The translations under genes and the position numbers were made by a program. Under the pieces are notes generated by a model. It was given only the letters and a program-made list of their open reading frames with translations, made no database searches and had not been told where the DNA came from. Below, one piece after another: positions 7,672 through 15,807 of a DNA stretch of 64,000 nt. The DNA comes from a virus: positions 17,538-81,537 of IMG/VR virus record IMGVR_UViG_3300042563_002299; one strand, 5' to 3'. The stretch's first letter is position 1. Each line of letters starts with the position of its first letter.

Positions 7672-10173
7672 TTAGAAATCTAACTTAATAACATACTGTT
7701 GAATACCTTGTCTTAGTACCGGTGATTGTAATTTAGACATCACCAAAATATCTTGGTTTTCATCTAGCAAAGCAATCTCCGTAACATATGATTGTGTACC
7801 AAATGTCCATGTTGGGTTCTGTGAAACTAAGAACTCGTTAAAACTTAAGTTGATCTTATACTTCATTTCGTAAATGGTTGCCTGAATATCAGTTTCCAAA
7901 TTACCGTAGAAATAATACTCATCACCGAAATTAAGTTGTTGTCCTGTTGCTCCGTTTTGTACTAATTCAACATAGTTATTCAAATTATAGTATGGTGCCG
8001 AATTGTAATTTTCCGCAGTTACCGTAAACGTACTTGCGGTTAGTGATTGTTGTGTAACATATCCATTAAGGAATAAGTCACTAATTTGATCTGTAAAATC
8101 AATCAATCTCCATTGTGTTGGGTCTGGTCTCTGACCTGCAATTGTTCTCTGAGCCAACACTTGAAATTGTGTTGCGTAGAATCCAGCGGGAACAGTACAA
8201 GTAGGACAAGATGTTGTTGTAGTTGTTGTAAATGGACTAATAGTCGTTGTTGTCGTAGTACTTGGCGAAGTTGTTGTTGTTGTGGTTGTTGGATTAAATC
8301 CTGGTTGTACCAAACAATTAAATTCCGCACCAAATCTAACTGCCACATTCTGTGGAGTATCAGGAGTACAAACATTTGCCGTACCAACAACACTTGTATA
8401 GTAATTACTGTGTAACGAATTAGTAAATGTGTCAGTATTTGATAAACGATAAGTTACCCAAAGAGTTTCTCCACCACCAGTTAACACTCCCGTTGAACTT
8501 GAAACTCCGCAGGTGTTTGGTGTGATTAATGAAACTTGTGGAGCCGGTAACGTCCAGTTTCTATTTGATTTATATGATAATGCCGCAACAATTTCTTCGT
8601 CATCAATAATAATCAATTTAGAATCAGGAAATACTTTACCAATTCTACTTGGTAATCCGTTAGGTTGTGCAAATGTATCCCAAAGGTTATAATACCTCAA
8701 ACCCGGTTGGTTCATATTATCAGAAATACTTGATTTGATGTATTGTACTTGGAATAAGTTTTTACCATCAAACCCTGGAGGATCAACCCAAAAAGTTTGT
8801 CCGAAACAACATTCAGGGTTTTTGTGCCACATCAAAGTTGGTATGTGTAATTTAAAGTTTCTTGCTTGTCCTTGAGTGTTATCAGGATTTTGAGTATCGT
8901 AAGGTTCTAAAGCAAATTTTTCTCCATAGAAAAAATCTATTGTTTGATTTGTATAGTGAATAATCGCAATCGCTTTTTGTTCTTCCGGTGTTACAACAAT
9001 TTTCTCACCAAATGAATTATAATAATAAACAGAATCTGTTGATGTCTGAGCATTTGAGTTGGTATAACCAAAGTATTCTTTTTGACCTATATATTCAATA
9101 GATCCAAATTTAGTATAATCTTGGTATGTACTTGAATTTAATCCAGCAGGACTCTCAGTCCAAGGAATATTCATATTCCATATTTTAACATCAAATTGAT
9201 CGGTATCACAAACCGATTCAAAATCAATAACACTTTGACTCCAATGTGGTTCAGGTGTAAAACTATCATACAATGGAACCATTTGTGGTGGGTAGATCAA
9301 AGTTCTCGCAAGACAATCTGACGCTAAATTTGTAAAGTCAGGTGTTGGTCTATCTAATGTTAATAAATCACCACAAACCGCAACAATTCTATAAGTTAGA
9401 ATTGAGAAACAACTAATAACGTCTTTATTACAGTCAGGCGCCGGTGGTAATGGACACTGTGGTGTATTTGAAGGTGTTAAACACGGGGTATGTGTTGGTG
9501 TTGGTGTTGGGGTCGCCGAAGCACATGGGTTTGAACTTGTTGTGCTTGGTGTTGGTGTTGGAGTGGGTGTTTGACCTACTGATGCGGTTGGTGTTGGTGT
9601 TGGTAAATTACTACATGAACAATCAGTCGCTGCTCTACCATCATAATATATTGTAATAAAGTCACCCACACTTGGTGTGTTATTATTTTGACTATTACAA
9701 TCCATTCTTTGAACACTAATTTCGTTCGTACCATTTAAGGTAGACATATTAACAATATAATTAGGAGTGATAACATAATTGTTGTTAACAAGTGCTTTCC
9801 AATCTACTGTTGTTGCTGTTGTGTTTCCTGAGAAGAACCCTCTCATTGCAGCTCTATTATAAACGGACTCAATACCCGAATCCATAAATGGAATACCATA
9901 AATATTTGTTTGACCTTCATCAACTAAGTAAGGATATTTTATATACTGTCTATTAGATTCAGGAACACCAGAACTATTCTGAGCGTTAAATTCAGGTTCT
10001 AAAATAACCGTATTTGCTTGATTGTAAGTGTTCGGTAATTCATTGTATGAAACCTCACTATCCCCTAAAGCAAAATATGATATCCTAAAATTACCCTCAG
10101 ATAATCTTTGTCTACCTGTGTCAGTAACACGAGTGTTAACTAATCCTGACGTATTTTTAATTATATATCCCAT
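7672..10173 (-). CDS. Virion structural protein (baseplate/fibre-attachment type) with PT and poly-Thr tracts
   Basis: N-term TDTGRQRLSEGNFRISYFALGDSE and C-term YVTEIALLDENQDILVMSKL resemble fibre-attachment domains; mucin-like inserts. Confidence 0.65.
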   Translation of the reverse strand: MGYIIKNTSGLVNTRVTDTGRQRLSEGNFRISYFALGDSEVSYNELPNTYNQANTVILEPEFNAQNSSGVPESNRQYIKYPYLVDEGQTNIYGIPFMDSGIESVYNRAAMRGFFSGNTTATTVDWKALVNNNYVITPNYIVNMSTLNGTNEISVQRMDCNSQNNNTPSVGDFITIYYDGRAATDCSCSNLPTPTPTASVGQTPTPTPTPSTTSSNPCASATPTPTPTHTPCLTPSNTPQCPLPPAPDCNKDVISCFSILTYRIVAVCGDLLTLDRPTPDFTNLASDCLARTLIYPPQMVPLYDSFTPEPHWSQSVIDFESVCDTDQFDVKIWNMNIPWTESPAGLNSSTYQDYTKFGSIEYIGQKEYFGYTNSNAQTSTDSVYYYNSFGEKIVVTPEEQKAIAIIHYTNQTIDFFYGEKFALEPYDTQNPDNTQGQARNFKLHIPTLMWHKNPECCFGQTFWVDPPGFDGKNLFQVQYIKSSISDNMNQPGLRYYNLWDTFAQPNGLPSRIGKVFPDSKLIIIDDEEIVAALSYKSNRNWTLPAPQVSLITPNTCGVSSSTGVLTGGGETLWVTYRLSNTDTFTNSLHSNYYTSVVGTANVCTPDTPQNVAVRFGAEFNCLVQPGFNPTTTTTTTSPSTTTTTTISPFTTTTTTSCPTCTVPAGFYATQFQVLAQRTIAGQRPDPTQWRLIDFTDQISDLFLNGYVTQQSLTASTFTVTAENYNSAPYYNLNNYVELVQNGATGQQLNFGDEYYFYGNLETDIQATIYEMKYKINLSFNEFLVSQNPTWTFGTQSYVTEIALLDENQDILVMSKLQSPVLRQGIQQYVIKLDF

Positions 10174-10201
10174 CTAACTGATAAATATTCTGTTAATCAT
10201 T

Positions 10202-11854
10202 TTATATTACAACAGGTTCGGGTGGTGTTGGATTTACAACATTTAACACACAACAACCACAATTATTAATTGAGTTGTTTGTAATGGTCAGTTGATAGTA
10301 TCCAGCAGCAAGTTCACAAGAACCTGTTGGGTTATTTATTACACTATTAGTAATGGTACCACTAACCGTTTGGTTACTACCCATAGTAATAGTGTTTGTG
10401 TAAATATTATTTTGTTGCGTTACCGTTATTGGATTATCAGCAGTACACGGACCTCCAAGTGGGTATGTATTTAACGACGTACTTGACAATGTCATTGGTC
10501 CAGTACCGGTGATCGTTGTAATATTATTATATGTAGGTAAAGGTGATAGAGTTGTTGGGTAATAATTAAATGTTGATGACTGAACTAAATCGAATGTTAC
10601 CGTAACCCCCGCAGGTAACACAGGTGTAGTGATTGAGAATGTATTCAACGAATAATTAACATTTAATGTCAAATTATATGTAACAGATGGTGTATTACCT
10701 ACAATAACACTCGCAACTGTACCGATTGTTGTATTAACATCCCTCACAAAAATATCATAATTACCATTTGTAAGTCCGTTGAATATTGGTGATGATTGGT
10801 AAGTTGCTCCCCCGTTTATTGAATATTCATATGGTACTTGTCCTCCTGATGCCGAAACAATAATACTACCATTAGTACCACAAACTGCGTTATTTACATT
10901 AGCACTTACCGATATCGTATAAGCGGTCGAGCATTGTCCGTTGATAACATCCAAACTATAAACCGATGGTGTTCCCAAAACTTGCCAGTTACTTATTGGT
11001 GGATCGGAAGGGTCGTTATTTATTAATAACACAGAAGGATTTGAATATCCTGTCATTGTCCATTGGGACGGTGTTGATCCTGTATTCCAATAAATAACAT
11101 ATTGTCCTGTTGATGAACTCCAACTTGGTTGACCGTTTATTTCATTACTTGGGTCTAAATCAATTTGTATTGCTTCCGTTACTTGACCTATCTTTGTACT
11201 TCTAACAACCAGTGTTGCACACAAAGGACCATTAACTTTAGGTATAGATGGTATGTTACAATTACCGGGATATGATTCTTCAATAAAATAATTTGTACTA
11301 CCACTAACAGTCCAAGTGTCCCCCGAAGGATATAGACCACTATTACTTAACGATTCATAAAATGATCCTTGACAATCTAAACTTTCACAGAAAATCCAAA
11401 CACCTTGTGATTGACTCCAAAATACATAACCTAACTCGGTAATACCGTACTGTAATTTGTAATATGGTTTACCATTTTTTAACCCTAAACTACTTGTTGA
11501 GATGTAAACCAAAGTATCTTCAACAACTCCCGATACAACAAAACAAACACCAGAAAAAGTAGTGGTTTCAGCCGTTAAAACACAAGTTGTAATTGCCGTA
11601 AAATCTTTATAGTAATCAGTAACAGTCGCTTGATATGCTCCAACACCTAAGTTAGTTAAAGCCGGAGCAAAACTACCTACCTCCCAAAAAATAGTATAAG
11701 GTGGTGTACCACCTGTTATAATTAAAGCGGTTGCACCATCGAAAGATATGTCACTTGAGGGTTGTAAAACCGAGCAACTTATTCCCAATGGGAATATTGT
11801 AATGACATCACATTCATTTGGTCGGTTAGTACTTTGTATTGTAGAATTTCCCAT
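10202..11854 (-). CDS. SprB-repeat-like beta-sandwich virion surface protein
   Basis: ITGGTPPYTIFW...TNLGVGAYQATVTD and GSIIVSASGGQVPYEYSING...FNGLTNGNYDIFVRD. Confidence 0.7.
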   Translation of the reverse strand: MGNSTIQSTNRPNECDVITIFPLGISCSVLQPSSDISFDGATALIITGGTPPYTIFWEVGSFAPALTNLGVGAYQATVTDYYKDFTAITTCVLTAETTTFSGVCFVVSGVVEDTLVYISTSSLGLKNGKPYYKLQYGITELGYVFWSQSQGVWIFCESLDCQGSFYESLSNSGLYPSGDTWTVSGSTNYFIEESYPGNCNIPSIPKVNGPLCATLVVRSTKIGQVTEAIQIDLDPSNEINGQPSWSSSTGQYVIYWNTGSTPSQWTMTGYSNPSVLLINNDPSDPPISNWQVLGTPSVYSLDVINGQCSTAYTISVSANVNNAVCGTNGSIIVSASGGQVPYEYSINGGATYQSSPIFNGLTNGNYDIFVRDVNTTIGTVASVIVGNTPSVTYNLTLNVNYSLNTFSITTPVLPAGVTVTFDLVQSSTFNYYPTTLSPLPTYNNITTITGTGPMTLSSTSLNTYPLGGPCTADNPITVTQQNNIYTNTITMGSNQTVSGTITNSVINNPTGSCELAAGYYQLTITNNSINNCGCCVLNVVNPTPPEPVVI

Positions 11855-11869
11855 TATCTATATAAATAA

Positions 11870-12850
11870 TCAAATATTGTATTTTTGAATATAAGATTTC
11901 ATATTCTCCATATATTTTATTGTTGAACTATCCTTATTTATATAATCAAAGTGATTGGGGTTCTCTCTCATTTTTAATATTGGATCAATATTAATATAGT
12001 CCCCTTTATAGAATTTTGTAGTTTTTAGATTATCAGTAACTCCCGCCATGTGTAATATTGGGTGTTGTTCGTATTTTTTAATGTCGTCAGTTGCCCAAGA
12101 AAAACTCATTTCATCTGTTATCTTTGTTTCAAATCCGTACATCCATAAGTTCCAAAGTAATGCCCACATTTCTGCCGTCCAAAACTGTATTTGACCCGGA
12201 TTAATCGGAAATCTTTTTTGGTAATTTAACATTTGATCGTACAACTTAATTGAATCTTTATAGATCTTATCCCAAAGTTCACAATTAGAATTCTTGATGA
12301 GGTATTGTCCTCCACCTGAATTTTTTTGATTAGTTTTAATTGTGTCGACATCAACACCAATCACTTCAGACATTTCACTTATAAGTTGTCCCTTTTCGGT
12401 GTTTAGGTGTTTTTGTTCATATCTTCCACAACAATCCATTATGTAATCATACCCAATATACCCTATGGTATCGGATAAATAACAAGTATTGTCATTTAAT
12501 AATTCTTCAAAATTTGGTAGTTCTCTAAAAATGATATCAGCGTCATGTAAGAAAAAAAGTTTACCAAATTCAGGATTTGATTGTATCCACTTCGATATTA
12601 GGTATGGTTTTATACTCGGTATATAATGTTTCTTAACTCTCTCATCAACAAAGTAATGAACGTTAACACCTAACTCTTTTAATTCTTCAGATTGTTTGGA
12701 TGGTTTGGTGTTCCCTTGAACTAAACCTAAAACCACGTGTATTTTATTTGGGTCAATACCTTTCTCAATAAAATTGTGAATGTACAATTTTATTTGCCAA
12801 ATAAAATAGGGGACATCGGGTTGTGCTGAAACAAATAATATGTTTTCCAT
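11870..12850 (-). CDS. Glycosyltransferase, GT-A fold, resembling GT95/GT96 (HPAT/SGT1) protein O-glycosyltransferases
   Basis: PDVPYFIWQ, YIPSIKPYLISKW, LHDADIIF (DxD), GGGQYL, WTAEMW, ILHMAG. Confidence 0.7.
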   Translation of the reverse strand: MENILFVSAQPDVPYFIWQIKLYIHNFIEKGIDPNKIHVVLGLVQGNTKPSKQSEELKELGVNVHYFVDERVKKHYIPSIKPYLISKWIQSNPEFGKLFFLHDADIIFRELPNFEELLNDNTCYLSDTIGYIGYDYIMDCCGRYEQKHLNTEKGQLISEMSEVIGVDVDTIKTNQKNSGGGQYLIKNSNCELWDKIYKDSIKLYDQMLNYQKRFPINPGQIQFWTAEMWALLWNLWMYGFETKITDEMSFSWATDDIKKYEQHPILHMAGVTDNLKTTKFYKGDYINIDPILKMRENPNHFDYINKDSSTIKYMENMKSYIQKYNI

Positions 12851-12904
12851 AAAGGAAAATTAAATTAAAATAAGGTAAAGTGAATTAATTTTAAATTTTA
12901 AACT

Positions 12905-15487
12905 CTATACGATTTCATAACTTCCGTTCCATAAAAATCTATCACCATTCGCCCAAGTAAATGGTTGAGTCGCGTTTACATCATTTGCAGTTCCATTTAC
13001 AATATTTACATATTGCATAGGGGCTTTAGTGTTAAACCCTGCTCTTCCTCCAGCCATTATGGCATTATACCAAGCACTACCATTATCTAATAAAGTTACC
13101 GTCATCAATATAGCGTCAGCATGAACTGCCGTAACTGGCATCGAGACATACCATTCTCCCGTACCAAATGTTGTTGTTGATCCCATTGCGATATTTCCTC
13201 TAACAAAACATGTTTTACCAATTACTTTATACCAACCTTCTATAGTTCCATTACCAATTACTGGATTAGTACCTGACGATGTCCAAACAGGTGTGTAGGA
13301 TGACCAAGCAGATTCTATTTGTGACCCAGAAAGGTTAAATGTTATTGTAGATAATGTTGTTGCCGATACCGTTGGTGAAGTTACAGTTGTTGCCGTCATA
13401 CCGCTTGTATAAGTATTACCGCTAATTATAACAGAACTACCAGACATCCTAACTAAATCCGCATCGTTTACTCTGAAGTTTATGTAGCTTGGTGGGTATG
13501 TATTGTTAGTTGCAAACATATCAATACCAACAGGTACGCTTGAATTGTCTGAAATCCCTAATTGGATTTTTCTATCAGAGCTTAACTCGTCACCACCGCT
13601 TGATGCTATAAATGGTCCTTCTTTATTAACACCACCTGTAGATGTAATTAATAATTCTCCGGTTTTTTGATAGATAGCCCCATAAACGTCTAAGTCATAT
13701 TGAGGACTACTAACCCCAATTCCCAACCTTTTATTTACATTATCCCAAGTAAATCCAGTAGTTTGACTTACCGTACTTGCCGAACTTTGGAATAGGACTC
13801 CACCTGTAAATCCTGATTGAATCTGTGTTGAGTTAATAATTACTACATCACTTGGTAAATTTTGATAAGTTGTTGCTGATATTGTTATCGCACTTAAACC
13901 CGCATTAAATATTGTATTACCCGTAACCGTACCTCCTGATAACGGTAAAAATAACCCAATCCCACTTTGACCACTTGTCCCTGACGATCCGTTTGATCCT
14001 GACGTACCGCTAGATCCTGAACTTCCTGAGGATCCTGAAGAACCAGAACTACCTGATGAACCCGATGAACCTACTTGAGCGCCTATTGTTGTTGTAACAT
14101 ATGAATAATGGGAAGTTCCTTGAGTATAAAACGATGCCGAACTTACCTGATTATCTTGATTTACAACTTTAATAATCACCACCATTCTGTCTGTAGAATT
14201 AACCGATGATGTCGGTAATGTAATGTCAGTAATAACACTTACTGGTGTTGTATTATTATTATTCCATCCAATATTAACCGCTTGTGACGAACCAATAAAT
14301 CCTTGAATAACTCCTAAACTGTTCGCTAAATAAAGCTCAACAAAAGCCTCTAAATCATCGTTTTCATCATCTTTTGTGAACCATAAATTAAATATTTGGA
14401 CTCCACCAGGTATAATATTAAATCCAAATTGAGTTGATGCGTAACTACCAATTGTTGTACCTGTTGATAGTGCCGAAATACTTTGAGTTGTAACAGTTTG
14501 ACCACTAGCCAATGGGTCAGTTGACAACTGTAAATAACTACCTACCTCAACTATGTCTGAATTAAAGAAATAATTAGTTCCACCACCGATACCATTTTGA
14601 CCACTAGTCCCTGAAGATCCTGAAGAACCTGAGATACCGCTAGTTCCTGAACTTCCTGAGGATCCTGAAGAACCAGAACTACCTGATGAACCTGAAGAAC
14701 CGTCCGCACCATTATATACCCATGAAATTGTATATGTAAGTGTGTTTAGTGTACCACTACCGGCAATAAACGTTAAAGAAAAATCAAAATAACTTGTGTT
14801 GTCAGTACCACCACCAACTTCAAAAATACCAATTACGTTGTTATTCCCAAGTTCTGTTATTTGTAAATATGGTCTGCTAGAACCTGGTGTATTAATAATA
14901 GTTAATAAGGTATTTAACCAACTATAATAATCCGTTGAATAAGAATCGTCCTTACTAATACTAATCTCAGTTATACTTGAGATGGTACTTGAATTTGTTA
15001 CAAAAAATTTGCTATTAGGGTCATTTGGTGCCTGAGTACCACTATTAAAATCCCACCTACCTGAATTAGATCCATCATTACCTGTAATTCCATTAGACCC
15101 GCTAGTACCGCTTGATCCAGATGTACCTGAAGAACCGCTAGACCCTGTTGTACCTGAAGTTCCGCTAGACCCTGAAGTTCCATTAGCACCACTAGATCCT
15201 GATGTCCCTGATGTTCCGCTAGTTCCATTGGCACCACTAGATCCTGATGTTCCGCTAGTTCCATTGGCACCACTAGATCCTGAAGTTCCATTAGACCCAC
15301 TAGAACCGTTTGATCCTGATGTTCCATTAGTACCTGTGGCTCCACTTATTACTTGAGCAACCTGTTGGATTGTCGCCTTAAAAGAAGAACCGGCAGGATT
15401 TTGAGATGTGTTACCGGTGATGACTATGTGAATTAAGTCCGTTAAAGAAACTCCAGTTGCTTGTATTTGATCCGTTAATAATGCCAT
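12905..15487 (-). CDS. Tail fibre/appendage protein with collagen-like (Gly-Ser/Thr-Ser)n blocks
   Basis: Three GTSGSS blocks, RLGIGVSSPQYDLDVYG fibre repeat, C-terminal WSSYTPVWT...GNGTIEGWY...G tip domain. Confidence 0.8.
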   Translation of the reverse strand: MALLTDQIQATGVSLTDLIHIVITGNTSQNPAGSSFKATIQQVAQVISGATGTNGTSGSNGSSGSNGTSGSSGANGTSGTSGSSGANGTSGTSGTSGSSGANGTSGSSGTSGTTGSSGSSGTSGSSGTSGSNGITGNDGSNSGRWDFNSGTQAPNDPNSKFFVTNSSTISSITEISISKDDSYSTDYYSWLNTLLTIINTPGSSRPYLQITELGNNNVIGIFEVGGGTDNTSYFDFSLTFIAGSGTLNTLTYTISWVYNGADGSSGSSGSSGSSGSSGSSGTSGISGSSGSSGTSGQNGIGGGTNYFFNSDIVEVGSYLQLSTDPLASGQTVTTQSISALSTGTTIGSYASTQFGFNIIPGGVQIFNLWFTKDDENDDLEAFVELYLANSLGVIQGFIGSSQAVNIGWNNNNTTPVSVITDITLPTSSVNSTDRMVVIIKVVNQDNQVSSASFYTQGTSHYSYVTTTIGAQVGSSGSSGSSGSSGSSGSSGSSGTSGSNGSSGTSGQSGIGLFLPLSGGTVTGNTIFNAGLSAITISATTYQNLPSDVVIINSTQIQSGFTGGVLFQSSASTVSQTTGFTWDNVNKRLGIGVSSPQYDLDVYGAIYQKTGELLITSTGGVNKEGPFIASSGGDELSSDRKIQLGISDNSSVPVGIDMFATNNTYPPSYINFRVNDADLVRMSGSSVIISGNTYTSGMTATTVTSPTVSATTLSTITFNLSGSQIESAWSSYTPVWTSSGTNPVIGNGTIEGWYKVIGKTCFVRGNIAMGSTTTFGTGEWYVSMPVTAVHADAILMTVTLLDNGSAWYNAIMAGGRAGFNTKAPMQYVNIVNGTANDVNATQPFTWANGDRFLWNGSYEIV
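14005..14692. repeat. 58-bp direct repeat pair (14005-14062 and 14635-14692), 57/58 identical, 630 bp apart
   Basis: taccgctag[a/t]tcctgaacttcctgaggatcctgaagaaccagaactacctgatgaacc. Confidence 0.85.
15207..15278. repeat. Perfect 36-bp tandem duplication in the first Gly-Ser block
   Basis: cctgatgttccgctagttccattggcaccactagat x2. Confidence 0.85.
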
Positions 15488-15508
15488 ATCGTATAATAAA
15501 TATTTTGG

Positions 15509-15805
15509 TTACTGAAAATTAAACTGCGTTCCATCCATAAAGAAGTAATATTGTAAATTTTGGAACTGTTTTGGCGCTCCTTCAACTGTACAATAAATTA
15601 TTTCAGACACTGAACATCCGTTTGAATCGGTTAAAGTTAATTGTAGTGCGGGTGCGGTGTTGAATTGAGATGGTAAAGTAAAAGTTACAGGAAAAGTGGT
15701 TCCACTACCAACATAAGAGCAATTATTTCCATAAACATCACATGCAACACCACTAAATGGTGGTGTAACACTTGTAGCACTATAAACTATTACTTGATTT
15801 GCCAC
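15509..15805 (-). CDS. Small virion protein, paralogue of 5445-5666
   Basis: GTG start; PPFSGVACDVYGNNCSYV...FPVTFTLP...TDSNGC, plus C-terminal KQFQNLQYYFFMDGTQFNFQ. Confidence 0.7.
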   Translation of the reverse strand: MANQVIVYSATSVTPPFSGVACDVYGNNCSYVGSGTTFPVTFTLPSQFNTAPALQLTLTDSNGCSVSEIIYCTVEGAPKQFQNLQYYFFMDGTQFNFQ

Positions 15806-15807
15806 GA

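Noticed and set aside
12905-13320. Diversity-generating retroelement target at the fibre tip
   Set aside because: No reverse transcriptase or template-repeat copy seen in the window.
14998-15345. Alternate-frame repeat ORF (MEHQDLVVPMELAE...)
   Set aside because: Shadow of the Gly-Ser repeat codons in another frame.
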